64,000 nucleotides of DNA from Flaccisagitta enflata (Eukaryota): the NCBI GenBank assembly GCA_965153355.1, contig OZ231126.1, positions 32,178,001 to 32,242,000 on the forward strand, in the 5' to 3' direction. Below the pieces are notes generated by a model. The model was not told the origin of the DNA, searched no databases, and saw only the letters and a list, made by a program, of their open reading frames with translations. Positions 10,839-23,986 of the stretch are shown piece by piece. Numbering within the stretch: the stretch's first letter is position 1; the number at the start of each line of letters is the position of its first letter. The position numbers and the translations under genes are program-made.

Positions 10839-11423
10839 CCATAAGTGCAATAAAAATGGCCGATTTTTGAAAGGTCTGTAAAGGATCAAAAATTCATCTG
10901 AACATAGCAAAATTCATGACACCTTGAAAGCCCTTCAAAAGATCTTTCATTTGAAACTTTTGTGGGACCACTAACTCGATGAATATGCAAATGAGAGTAA
11001 GATTAGCAAAACCGCTTAATTTTGAAACTGCCCATGGTGTCTTTACAAAGTTCCATGAAAAATCACAGAAGACGTTGTCCGATATTGATAAAAATTGAAT
11101 TGATATTGGGGCAAATACAGGTCAACTAGCCCCTAAAATTTCATCAAAATCGATTAAGATCTTCTATCATTTTCGCGTCTAAAAAATTTGAAAATCCAAG
11201 TTCTGACTCAGCCACTTTTTCATGAAGGTGGCGAAATTTAATTTGTGTATGTCTGTCATATTTTCTAAAAGAATTTAGAAAAAATTTGCTGCATGGACTC
11301 AAATGAAAGATAATTTTGATATGTTTCTACAATGCATGAATTTTAGGATGGTCCCAAGAATCTTTTGACCAAAACCTGTGCTCAAAGCTGTTGAAAAATC
11401 GGCCATTTTTATTGCACTCATGG
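10839..11423. mobile_element. MITE, possibly piggyBac-type
   Basis: ~30-bp TIR CCAT(A/G)AGTGCAATAAAAATGGCCGATTTTT; flanks CTAA / TTAA. Confidence 0.6.
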
Positions 11424-13189
11424 TTAAGCCAATAAAGAGACCTAGCATCAGTATATTTAAAATCCTTGCCACTTTTCCCAATGATATTGTTGAGCCTGAT
11501 AAATGAATATTGATCAAAACTGGAAGTGTTATATGGCGATCAAATTTTCAAGCCAGCTCTATCAAATTCTGCAGTAAAATATTTCAACCTTTTTGCTGAT
11601 AAGAGCTTTTTTGTTTAAATTACTGAAAATGCCCACATTCGTTCTTGATTTATGGAGAGCCATTAAAAAACTGGAGATCAAAAATCCTATTTTCCTATTT
11701 CTTTTCTTCTTGATTGATGATGCAGCTCAAATTTAATTTTTCTTGAACAACCGGATTAAACGTAAGAAATGTGTATTGTGCCATTGAAGGAATTAGTCCT
11801 TTATCATGCTTGTTGTGGTCCTTGGGAACAAAATCAATTGTCCATTCAAACGATTGAAGCAATGCAAGACTGACACAAATTCGCTTTTTTTGCTCTTTTG
11901 ATAATCTGTGCGATTTATAAACATACTGTATCACATATGTGTATTTTTCGTTATTGTACAGTGTCAATTAAGCACGATTATTACCCCCTTCCTTATCACC
12001 CATATTCATCCTTTTATCCTTTCATAAACAGCTTCTTATTTGCCTTCTGGATTGCGAGAGTTAATTTCTCAATCTGAGCTAATTTTGCTCGGGAGTAACC
12101 GTTTTGGTGCGTGTTTCCCACTTTAGTGGAGAAGTATAGCACTGAAGTGGGAGTTCACATATTACTGGATTAGTAATAATGTGTCCTCATTTTGATTCCC
12201 ACTTCAGTTGTTCTGAATGAAAAGAGAAAGCCATCATGATCTTGTCCGATTTCCACCAACCCCCCCCCCCCACCTAAAGTTGCCTTTTTCCCCGTTCCCG
12301 GATGGTAAAAACAAGGCCAACACCTATAAGTCGCGTGGGGGACATTAATAGCTAAAGATGACCTAAATTGACTCAAAATAGCTTAAGATGACTTAAATTG
12401 ACTTAATGACTTAATGACTTAAAGTGACTTAAAACAATTTTAATGACTAAATTGACCTGATTGAGTTAAGTGACTTAGTATGACTTAACATGACATAAAA
12501 TGACTTAGAATGACTTAGAATGACTTAGAATGGTATTTAGAAAGGAGCTGTGAGCCCAAAAAGCTTAAAAACGAATAAGTAAAAATGGGACCGACCGACA
12601 GAACAACCGACCGACCAACCGTCGGACCGACAAAGCTATCTCCTTGCGGTGCCTGAACTACCTAATCGCGACGCCCTTTCCCGGTGCCAGACTGCGAATC
12701 TGTTTTCACTTTGGGGTAAAAACTCTTTTCCTCATTTTTCTTCATTTTCTTTGATACCCGCTTTAAACATCGACTTGATTCCTTTTAGATCTGCATCTTA
12801 GTTCCAGTTGCTGGGAAACAATCTCTCTTTTCCCATATCTTGTTTCCCATCAGATTGTATGGCTTTTCGGGTTTCTCTCTGATCTATTTTTAGATCTATT
12901 TCTCAGTTGTAGCAGCAGTGAACTATGAGTGAACTATCTCTTATCCTCGTATTGTGTAAACTGTAAAAAAATCACATTGAATTGTCTTTCTGTCTCTCGG
13001 CGTATCTTACTTACAATGAACAAATTTAGTAATAATGCCTGATCCAATATTCAATCTTGTTGAGTTGATTCCATCTCAGGTTTTGATTTGTGTTTCTGAT
13101 TGCCGCGCCAGCTTTGTCTTTCAAGATATATCGACTTATTGACTATATCAGTTGTCCGTCAATAATGAACACGTTTCTCCACCTACGGT

Positions 13190-13520
13190 GGGGTTCATGG
13201 AATAACAGCCTAAACTGGAGGAAGGTGTCTTAATTTCATTTGTCAAACTTGATATTTGAAATGTAAGTTGATCAATTGATGCTTTTGTCTCTGAGTTTTT
13301 TGGTTGCTATAGAAACCAAAATTATCTTTTTGAACACTAATAACTACTAGAATATCACTATTTTGACAAATATTATTAGGGAACATTGCTCAGAATCAAA
13401 TTTGCTACAACTTTCCCACTGTATGTTCTGTAAGAAAATTGCTCGTTTGGCCGTTGCTAGGGAGCCTCATTTAGCGGTTGCTAGGTGTGATGCCCCCTAG
13501 CTAGCCAGGGGGAGTGAAAA
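13190..13520 (+). repeat. Dispersed repeat; an inverted copy at 21768-22586 is interrupted by a MITE
   Basis: Reverse-complement similarity over ~300 bp, e.g. TTTTGACAAATATTATTAGGGAACATTGCTCAGAATC. Confidence 0.8.
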
Positions 13521-13877
13521 TCTAAATATCGGCAAAAAGTTTTGTTCTTGGTCCTAATGTATATTTATATGTTTGGTTAGATTATTTAACAAAGATTTGA
13601 CCCATTGGCTGGCCTTAGAGGGGCGTAAACATCATCAAATTTAGCCCTAGTCCACATGAAAAGTTTTGTCAGCTGATCTTTTCCATTCAAACGATTATAG
13701 CCAAGTCATTTTTTGATGGATTTAGGAAAAATTGGTGACCAAAATGTAGACTTTTTCAAGGGGCGTCCATCCTTTTTTTGCGCGACCAAATCGGTCAAAC
13801 CGTTCAAAAGTTATGACCGCTCAAAGATAGGTGAGCGAGAAAAAAATCCAAAAAATATGAAAAATCTCATTTCTATT

Positions 13878-14835
13878 CACAATTTTTGGTACTTAAAATG
13901 CTCCGATTTTGATGAAATTTTACATGGTGGTAGTCCATAATGTGAAGTACCTCCAATAAAAATTTTGTTCAAATCGGTCAACTTTTAGGGGGGCAACGGC
14001 ATTTTTTTTTCTTTTAAAAAATCGCGAAATAGCCGTTTTTTCAAAATTAAGGTACCTTAAAATTTTCAAAAACTAAATTTTTTTTGCAAAAAAGCATCAG
14101 TAGGGTCTAATACATGTGCTTTTGAAATTTCAGGGCCATATTTCAACTTTTCTTAGGTTACAAATTGAAATAAGGCCAAAAATTGGCCATTTTCGCGATT
14201 TTTGGTTTTATGGTCTTTGCTAAATTGTTATTTGACACCCAAAAAAGGCTCTCAGGGCCGCAAAATTTTGGGCATCACCAAGAGTCTTCTAAAGGAATTT
14301 TGGCCCATGGTTCATTGGTGCCTGCCATATTATGGCAATGTCTCAGGCTCAAAGACAATTTTTAGTTTTCCAGAATTTTGGATTTTCGAACTATTTTTGG
14401 TACTTGAAGTGCTCCGATTTTGATGAAATTTCACATGGAGGTAGTCCATAATGTGAAATACCTCCAGTAAAAATTTTGTCCAATTCGGTCAACTTTTAGG
14501 GGGGTAACGACATTTAAAAAAAAAAATCGCGAAAAAGCTGTTTTTTCAAAATTTAGGTACCTTAGAATTTTTACAGCCTCATAATTTTTTACATACAGCT
14601 TAATTTGGCTCCAACACATGTGCATGTGAAATTTCAAGGCTTATTTCCAAGTTTAAGATGGGTTTTAGGCCAAAAAAAAACCGCCAAAAACGGCTATTTT
14701 GAGCACTTTTTTTTAGACATTCGAACACGCACCTTATATTGGGTCAAGCAAGCCTGGATTAGTATTCCCCAAGGTAATGCGCACATTTCAAGACCCAACA
14801 TGATAGGCGCCACCGGACTCGCCTTTTTGACCCCC
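13878..14835 (-). repeat. Inverted copy of the repeat at 1-2352
   Basis: For example, GTGAGTCCGGTGGCACCTATCAAGTTGGGTCTTGAAATGTGCGCATTACC at 1-50 corresponds to GGTAATGCGCACATTTCAAGACCCAACATGATAGGCGCCACCGGACTCGC at ~14773-14822. Confidence 0.85.
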
Positions 14836-14888
14836 CTTTCCTTTGAGCTAGAAATCCTTATTCCTCAGACGGGATGAACCTCCTTTTT

Positions 14889-15543
14889 GGGCAGCGGCCC
14901 CAAAGGGCCGATGTCCTGTAGGACACAGGGTTGAATTTCCAGACGTCCGTACGTCCCTACGTCCGTCTACGTCCGTCGTCCCCTGAGGCCCCCCTCTGGC
15001 TAAATCAGGCCTCTGGCCCAAAATTGGCCTCTGAAACCCAAAATCAGCCCTCTCAGGCCCAAAACTCAACCCTCTCAGGCCCATAATCAGCCCTCTCAGG
15101 CCCAAAATCAGCCTCCTCAGACCAAAAAAAGTCCCAAAATCAGCCCCTCAGCTCCAAAATTAGCTCTCTTATACCCATCAATCAGCCTTGTCAGGCTAAA
15201 AATCAGCATTTCAGGCCTGAAACCAGCCCTATAAAACCTAGATCTGATCACTTGTGTCTCAATTCAGCCCTCAAAATAACCTCTCAGGTCTCTAATCTTC
15301 CTCATCCTTGATGCTTTTCAACCCTTGACCCCCAAATCAACCCATGTGCTCATTACTGTGCTTCAATTGATCTAATCAGCCCTTTAATGTGCCTTCTTAG
15401 GACCTCTGGAAATTCACCCCTGTGTCCTACAGGACATCGGCCTTTTGGGGCCGCTGCCCTGCTATCACTCCACTTCTTCAGTTAATCACTCCAAGCAGGG
15501 CATCGGGTACCGCTGACCATGTGCAATCCTTGGATGACCAGTT
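14889..15543 (+). mobile_element. Helentron/DINE-1-like element, family C, with internal ~21-bp minisatellite
   Basis: ~50-bp subterminal IR GGGCAGCGGCCCCAAAGGGCCGATGTCCTGTAGGACACAGGG, (GTCC)-like tract, CAGCCCTCTCAGGCC repeats and an asymmetric 3' tail GCAGGGCATCGGGTACCGCTGACC...GTT. Confidence 0.7.
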
Positions 15544-16379
15544 TTTCTTTCTTGTTTTTGATGGATTTATGAAAAATCGGTGACCAAAATGTAGAGTTTT
15601 TCAAACGTATCGATTGACAATAATGGCACGACTAGGCACCTGAAATTTTTAAATCGATATACGGCAACATCTGTTGGATTTGGTGGCGAAAATGATACGC
15701 AGATGCGATACAACGAATTGGAGAGAAAGTACGAGAAAGCGTACATACAATTGAACAAACAACTTTATAGTTTCGTTTTTGGTCTTAATGTATATTTATA
15801 CGTTTGGTAAGATTATTTAACAAAGATTTGACCCATTGGCTGGCCTTAGAGGGGCGTTAACATCATCAATTTGAGCCCTAGTCCACATGAAAAGTTTTGT
15901 CAGCTGATCTTTTCCATTCAAACGATTATAGACTACTTTTTTCTTTGATTTTGTTTTTTGAAGTCATTTAAAGCCATTTAAGAGTATACTGAATCATTCT
16001 TAATCATTGTAAGTCATTTCAAGTCATTGTAAGTCAATCTGAAAATCTCACACGCGACTCACTGGTGCACCATCCGATTATAATATCTTTTATTTGTCAT
16101 TTCATTGAGAAATTGATGAGAGTCGCGCGTTGAATCGTTTTTAGGTGCGCCATAGCACCTCTATAGGCATTGTCCATTGGTTGGTTGGTTGGTCGGTCAG
16201 TCACGCTCGAGTGAAAAATCGCTGAAAACGAATAAAATCGTATGAGAACTCATCATGTTCATCATTCATGTTACTAGTCATTTCATTCATGATCATATTC
16301 ATCTACGGTTAGGTCAACACACATTCTCACACACACATTCACTGAGAATGTGTGTGTGCGCGATTTTGTGTGTGAGCGA

Positions 16380-16466
<87 letters not shown>

Positions 16467-16619
16467 CTGAGTGTGTGTGGGACAGTGGGAATGTGTCCAC
16501 GAACGTGACTGTTGAGAGGTGAAATAAGAAGATTCGAAGGAAGTTTCGAAAGCGAAAAAGCTCCGTTTTTCTGCTCACTCATCTGACAAATATCGGAATC
16601 AGAGTTACAATTACAACAG

Positions 16620-16689
<70 letters not shown>

Positions 16690-17047
16690 GCTCTCTCTCT
16701 CTCTCCTCTCTCTCTCGCTCTCTCGCACGATATCATCTTTTTCATCTTTTCAGTCGCGTGCGACGCGACCCTACAACCCGCTTTGTTGGTCCGTCCGTCC
16801 ATATGTCAGTCCGTCACACTTTTTTTTTTTTTTTTTGCGGTCTTTGGCCTCACCACTCCTGCCCAAATGATGAAGCAACCTCAAATATGGCTTTGTCGGT
16901 CCGTCGGTCCGTGTGTGGGGGTTTGGGTGTGGATGCGGGTTGGATGCCCACTATGTTTGTTCGCTCCCACTACTCACTCGCTTTTGCAGCGGTCTGCTTG
17001 GCTACACTCGCTTTGTTCCTTGCTCCATTCACCGGCTCGCTTGCTCA

Positions 17048-20000
17048 CTCGATATCCGAGTCTGTGGTCTCGATATCCGAGTCTGTGGTCTCAATGTCCG
17101 AGTCTTTGGTCTCGATATCCGAGTCTTTGGTCTCGATATCCGTGTCGGTAGTCTCGATATCTGAGTCTGTGGTCTCGATATCCGAGTCTGTGGTCTCAAT
17201 ATCCGAGTCTGTGGTCTCGATATCCGAGTCTGTGGTCTCAATATCCGAGTCTGTGGTCTCGATATCCGAGTCTGTGGTCTCAATATCCGAGTCTGTTGTC
17301 TCAATATCCGAGTCTGCTGTCTCGATATCCGAGTCTGTGGTCTCAATATCCGAGTCTGTGGTCTCGATATCCGAGTCTGTGGTCTTGATATCCCAGTCTG
17401 TTTCTCAATTTCCGAGTCTGTTTCTCAATTTCCGAGTCTGTGGTCTCGATTTCCGAGTCTATGGTCTTAATTTCCGAGTCTGTGGTCTCGATTTCCGAGT
17501 TTGTGGTCTCGATTTCCCGAGTCTGTGGTCTCAATTTCCGAGTCTGTGGTCTCAATTTCCGAGTCTGTGGTCTCGATTTCCGTGTCTGTGGTCTCGATTT
17601 CCGGGTCTGTGGTCTCGATTTCTGAGTCTGTGGTCTCGATTTCCGAGTCTGTGGTCTCGATTTCCGAGTCTGTGGTCTCAATTTCCGAGTCTCTAGTCTT
17701 GATTTCCGAGTCTCTAGTCTTGATTTCCGAGTCTGTGGTCTCGATTTCCGAGTCTGTAGTCTTGATTTCCGAGTCTGTAGTCTTGATTTCCGAGTCTGTG
17801 GTTGATTTCCGAGTCTGTGGTTGATTTCCGAGTCTGTGGTCTCGATTTCCGAGTCTGTGGTCTCGATTTCCGAGTCTGTGGTCTCGATTTCCGAGTCTGT
17901 GGTCTCGATTTCCGAGTCTGTGGCCTCGATTTCCGAGTCTGTGGCCTCAATTTCCGACTCTGTGGTCTCGGTTTCCAAGTCTGTGGTTTCAATTTCTGAG
18001 TCTGTGGTCTCGATATCAGAGTTGGTGGTTGCAATTTCAGAGTCAGTGAACGCGATTTCAGAGTCGATGAACACAGTTTCCGAGTCTGTGGGCGCGATTT
18101 CCGAGTCTGTGGACGCAATTTCCAAATCTGTGGGCGCAATTTTTGAGTCTGTGGGCGCGATTTTTAAGTCTGTGGTCGCAATTGCCGAGTTTTTGGTCGC
18201 GATTTTTGTGTCTGTGGTCGCGATTTCCAAGTATGGGGCGCGATTTCCGAGTCTGTGGTCTCGTTTTCCGAGTCTGTGGTCTCGTTTTCCGAGTCTGTGG
18301 TCTCGTTTTCCGAGTCTGTGGTCTCGTTTTCCGAGTCTGTGGTCTCGATTTTCGAGTCTTTGGTCTCGATTTCCGAGTCTGAGGTCTCGATTTCCGAGTC
18401 TGTGGTCTCGATTTCCGAGTCTGTGGTCTCGATTTCCGAGTCTGTGGTCTCGATTTCCGAGTCTGTGGTCTCGATTTCCGAGTCTGTGGTCTCGATTTCC
18501 AAGTCTGTGGTCTCAATTTCCAAGTCTGTGGTCTCTATTTCCAAGTCTGTGGGCGCAATTTTCGAGTCCGTTGGCGCGATTTTCGAGTCTGTGGGCGCGG
18601 TTTTCGAGTCTCTGGTCACAATAACCACAGCTTTCCGAGAAAATAATATGCATTATGATTTTCATAATCTTCATGAAAAGAGGATTCGAATGATATGCTG
18701 AAACATATACTTTAACAAAAATTATCTAAAAAAATGGCGCAGGAAGAAAAAATCTCCCTCCGATCCGTATTCGTAACAGCCGCAACTTCGTGGCGCCTAA
18801 ACAAAGACAACAACCTTGATGATTTTTCGCCGATTAAATTTTTTTAACTTATGCGAGGCTGGCGGCGCCGATCGGGTGAGCCGATTTGGACGCGGCCAAC
18901 GGCGTTCGGTCTCGATTTCTGAGTCTGTGGTCTCGATTTCCGAGTCTGTGGTCTCAATTTCCGAGTCTCTAGTCTTGATTTCCGAGTCTCTAGTCTTGAT
19001 TTCCGAGTCTGTAGTCTTGATTTCCGAGTCTGTAGTCTTGATTTCCGAGTCTGTAGTCTTGATTTCCGAGTCTGTGGTTTCGATTTCCGAGTCTGTGGTT
19101 TCGATTTCCGAGTCTGTGGTCTCGATTTCCGAGTCTGTGGTCTCGATTTCCGAGTCTGTGGTCTCGATTTCCGAGTCTGTGGCCTCGATTTCCGAGTCTG
19201 TGGCCTCGATTTCCGAGTCTGTGGCCTCAATTTCCGACTCTGTGGTCTCGGTTTCCAAGTCTGTGGTTTCAATTTCTGAGTCTGTGGTCTCGATATCAGA
19301 GTTGGTGGTTGCAATTTCAGAGTCAGTGAACGCGATTTCAGAGTCGATGAACACAGTTTCCGAGTCTGTGGGCGCGATTTCCGAGTCTGTGGACGCAATT
19401 TCCAAATCTGTGGGCGCTATTTTTGAGTCTGTGGACGCGATTTTTAAGTCTGTGGTCGCAATTGCCGAGTTTTTGGTCGCGATTTTTGTGTCTGTGGTCG
19501 CGATTTCCAAGTATGGGGGCGCGATTTCCGAGTCTGTGGTCTCGTTTTCCGAGTCTGTGGTCTCGTTTTCCGAGTCTGTGGTCTCGTTTTCCGAGTCTGT
19601 GGTCTCGTTTTCCGAGTCTGTGGTCTCGATTTTCGAGTCTTTGGTCTCGATTTCCGAGTCTGAGGTCTCGATTTCCGAGTCTGTGGTCTCGATTTCCGAG
19701 TCTGTGGTCTCGATTTCCGAGTCTGTGGTCTCGATTTCCGAGTCTGTGGTCTCGATTTCCGAGTCTGTGGTCTCGATTTCCAAGTCTGTGGTCTCAATTT
19801 CCAAGTCTGTGGTCTCTATTTCCAAGTCTGTGGGCGCAATTTTCGAGTCCGTTGGCGCGATTTTCGAGTCTGTGGGCGCGGTTTTCGAGTCTCTGGTCAC
19901 AATAACCACAGCTTTCCGAGAAAATAATATCCATTATGATTTTCATAATCTTCATGAAAAGAGGATTCGAATGATATGCTGAAACATATACTTTAACAAA

Positions 20001-21467
20001 AATTATCTAAAAAAATGGCGCAGGAAGAAAAAATCTCCCTCCGATCCGTATTCGTAACAGCCGCAACTTCGTGGCGCCTAAACAAAGACAACAACCTTGA
20101 TGATTTTTCGCCGATTAAATTTTTTAACTTATGCGAGGCTGGCGGCGCCGATCGGGTGAGCCGATTTGGACGCGCGGCGTTCGGTCTCGATTTCTGAGTC
20201 TGTGGTCTCGATTTCCGAGTCTGTGGTCTCAATTTCCGAGTCTCTAGTCTTGATTTCCGAGTCTCTAGTCTTGATTTCCGAGTCTGTAGTCTTGATTTCC
20301 GAGTCTGTAGTCTTGATTTCCGAGTCTGTAGTCTTGATTTCCGAGTCTGTGGTTTCGATTTCCGAGTCTGTGGTTTCGATTTCCGAGTCTGTGGTCTCGA
20401 TTTCCGAGTCTGTGGTCTCGATTTCCGAGTCTGTGGTCTCGATTTCCGAGTCTGTGGCCTCGATTTCCGAGTCTGTGGCCTCGATTTCCGAGTCTGTGGC
20501 CTCAATTTCCGACTCTGTGGTCTCGGTTTCCAAGTCTGTGGTTTCAATTTCTGAGTCTGTGGTCTCGATATCAGAGTTGGTGGTTGCAATTTCAGAGTCA
20601 GTGAACGCGATTTCAGAGTCGATGAACACAGTTTCCGAGTCTGTGGGCGCGATTTCCGAGTCTGTGGACGCAATTTCCAAATCTGTGGGCGCTATTTTTG
20701 AGTCTGTGGACGCGATTTTTAAGTCTGTGGTCGCAATTGCCGAGTTTTTGGTCGCGATTTTTGTGTCTGTGGTCGCGATTTCCAAGTATGGGGGCGCGAT
20801 TTCCGAGTCTGTGGTCTCGTTTTCCGAGTCTGTGGTCTTGTTTTCCGAGTCTGTGGTCTCGATTTCCGAGTCTGTGGTCTCGATTTCCGAGTCTGTGGTC
20901 TCGATTTCCGAGTCTGTGGTCTCGATTTCCGAGTCTGTGGTCTCGATTTCCGAGTCTGTGGTCTCGATTTCCGAGTCTGTGGTCTCGATTTCCGAGTCTG
21001 TGGTCTCGATTTCCGAGTCTGTGGTCTCGATTTCCGAGTCTGTGGTCTCGATTTCCAAGTCTGTGGTCTCAATTTCCAAGTCTGTGGTCTCTATTTCCAA
21101 GTCTGTGGGCGCAATTTTCGAGTCCGTGGGCGCGATTTTCGAGTCTGTGGGCGCGGTTTTCGAGTCTCTGGTCACAATAACCACAGCTTTCCGAGAAAAT
21201 AATATCCATTATGATTTTCATAATCTTCATGAAAAGAGGATTCGAATGATATGCTGAAACATATACTTTAACAAAAATTATCTAAAAAAATGGCGCAGGA
21301 AGAAAAAATCTCCCTCCGATCCGTATTCGTAACAGCCGCAACTTCGTGGCGCCTAAACAAAGACAACAACCTTGATGATTTTTCGCCGATTAAATTTTTT
21401 TAACTTATGCGAGGCTGGCGGCGCCGATCGGGTGAGCCGATTTGGACGCGGCCAACGGCGTTCGGTC
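17048..21467. repeat. 21-bp satellite (GATTTCCGAGTCTGTGGTCTC) in ~1.28-kb higher-order units, each with a ~290-bp non-satellite segment
   Basis: The segment ACAATAACCACAGC...GGCGTTCGGTC starts at ~18618, 19899 and 21174. The same ordered series of monomer variants recurs in each unit. Confidence 0.95.
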
Positions 21468-22029
21468 ACAAATTTTACAAAGTTTTTCCTATAAAAAGTT
21501 ATAAATCATAACGCCATATTATGAGGCGTTTTTATTTGTTCGTAATTAACTAAATATGATGAAATTGGCATAGCTGATATATACTGTTTGAACACCGCTA
21601 TTTCACGATAGTTATTGGCCTCTCCGTGATCTATATGAATAGATAGTAATTGATATAGGATAATTTAATCATATATATGACATAAACCAATTATTTTGTG
21701 TTCCATATACATAAGAAAATATAAAACTAAGCGATTTTTGACAAAAAATAAATTTGACGTTGTCGGTTTCACTCTCCCTCGCTACCCTAGCAACAGCCAA
21801 ACGAGCAATATTCTTACAGAACATACTGTGGGAAGGTTTTAGCAAATCAGATTCTGAGCAATGTTCCCTAATAATATTTGTCAAAATATTGATATTCGAG
21901 TAATTATAAATGTTTGAAAAAATTATTTTGGTTTCTATAGCAACTAAAAAACTCATAGACAAAAGCATCGATTGAATAACTTATATTTCAAATATCAAAT
22001 TTGTAAAATGAAAAAAAGACACTTAAATG

Positions 22030-22545
22030 CAGTAGATTCCGTCTAGACTTGAGATAATGGGGGCAAGTATTATGGAAAGACAAATGAAGCCAGAGGAATG
22101 ATATTTTGAATATAGACTAATAAAAGGACGCTTTATTACCCATGATAGCTGGTTGCCATGGAAACACATTTCCATGTATACTCGCAAAAATATCAGTATT
22201 TTGAGAAATTTTCAGGAACATTGTTAAATCAAATTTGCAACTTTTCCCACGTGTATCTGTAAGAATATCGCTGATTGGCTGTTGCTAGAACTATAGCGTA
22301 GCAGCTGACGCAACGGCAATGCGATATTCTTACCATCTTTTAGAAAATATTAAAAATTTGTTAACAATTTCCAAAATATTGATATTTTTGCGAGAATATA
22401 TAGAAATGTGTTTCCATGGCAACCAGCTATCATGGGGAACAAAGCATCCTTTTATTAATCTATATTCCAAATATCACTCTCCTGACTTCAGTTGTCTTTC
22501 CTCAATGCTTGCCCCCATTATCACAAGCCTAGATGGAATCTACTG
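22030..22545. mobile_element. Foldback-like MITE (Tc1/mariner-type ends)
   Basis: TIR CAGTAGATTCC.TCTAG / CTAGATGGAATCTACTG extends ~180 bp imperfectly; flanks TG / TA. Confidence 0.8.
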
Positions 22546-22847
22546 TACCTTACTCCGGTTTAGGCTGCCATTCCACGAACCCCACTTTACTTATCTATTA
22601 ATCTTTCAAGCTATCAATCTACATCGGAGCACTGCTAGAACCACCTAAAGGAAAAAAACTTGTTATTCCATGAATGATTGGCGTGATTTAGCTTATTCCC
22701 TTGACAAGCGCTCCAGTGCACTTAAACTGTATCTAGGTATCGACGCATCTAGCTAGCTATCTATCCAGCTATCTGTTTACTTAGTAGAATGTCAAAGAAT
22801 ACCTTCGGCTTTTTAATACCTGCGGAAGAATTTGGTTTTCCCTTTTC

Positions 22848-23986
22848 GGGCAGCGGCCCCGAAGGGGACGAAGTCCTGTAGAACACAGGGGGACTTTCGT
22901 TTGTCCGTTTGTCCGTTTGTCCGTTTGTTCGTACGTACGTTTGTCCCCCCTCATCAAGCCCCTCAGGCCTCAGCTATGGCCTCTGAGACCTCTAATCTGG
23001 CCTCTCAGGCCTAAAATCTGGCATCTTAAGGCCTCAAATCCAGCCTCTTTGGCCTCAAATCCGGCCTCTTGTGCCTCTCAGGCCTCAATTCTAGCCTCTC
23101 AGACCTCAAATCCAGCCTCACAGGCCTCAAATCTGGCCTCTCAGGCCTCAAATCCAGTCTTTCAGGCCTCAAATCCAGCCTCTTGGGCCTCAAATCCAGC
23201 CTCTCAGGCCTCAAATCCAGCCTCTCAGGCATCAAATCCGGCCTCTCAGGCCTCAAATCCAACCCTTCAGACATCAAACCTGGCCTCTCAGGCCTCAAAT
23301 CTGGCCTCTCGGGCCTCTCAGGCCTCAATTCTAGCCTCTCAGACCTCAAATCCAGCCTCACTGGCCTCAAATCTGGCCTCTCAGGCCTCAAATCCAGCCT
23401 CTCAGGCCTCAAATCCAGCCTCTCAGGCCTCAAATCCAGCCTCTCAGGCCTCAAATCTGTCCATTCAGGCCTCAAATCCAGCCTCTCAGGCCTCAAATCC
23501 GGCCTCTCAGGCCTCAAATCCAGATTATCAGGCCTCAAACCTGGCCTCTCAGGCCTCAAATTAGGCTTCTCAGGCCTCAAATCCAGATTATCAGGCTACA
23601 AACCTGGCCTCTCAGGCCTCAAATTAGGCCTCTCAGGCTTCAAATTAGCTATCTAAGCCTCAACTTATTGCTCTCAGGCTTCAACTCAGTCCTCTGACCT
23701 TTCAAGCCTTAATCCAGCACTCTCAAGCCTCAAGTCAGCCCTCTCAAGCTTCAGATTGGCATTTTCAGGCCTTACATCAGCCTTCTTGGACCTCAGTTTA
23801 GGCTCTTGAAGGCCTGTATAGCATCTCATCCACTTCTTCATGCAGGACGAACGAAAGTCCCCCTGTGTTCTACAGGACTTTGTCCCCTTTGGGGCCGCTG
23901 CCCTACTTCCCTTCACTCCAATTCACAATCACTAAAAGCAGGGCAACGGGTATCGCTGACCACATATTGCCCTTGGGCGACCTGTT
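22848..23986 (+). mobile_element. Helentron/DINE-1-like element, family B, with an expanded 21-bp minisatellite (CAGGCCTCAAATCCAGCCTCT)
   Basis: Subterminal IR GGGCAGCGGCCCCGAAGGGGACGAAGTCCTGTAGAACACAGGGGGACTTTCG with its inverse at ~23850-23903; 3' tail GCAGGGCAACGGGTATCGCTGACC...GCGACCTGTT. Confidence 0.75.

Noticed and set aside
17048-21467. CRISPR-like array or mucin-like genes (SVVSISE / TTDSEIE ORFs)
   Set aside because: Monomers are contiguous with no unique spacers, there are no cas genes, and the context is eukaryotic. ORFs occur on both strands and shift frame between copies, as expected for a stop-free 21-mer.
22917-23656. ASQASNP / LRPERLD / SGLKSSL repeat ORFs
   Set aside because: Translations of the 21-bp minisatellite inside a non-autonomous element; several frames are open.
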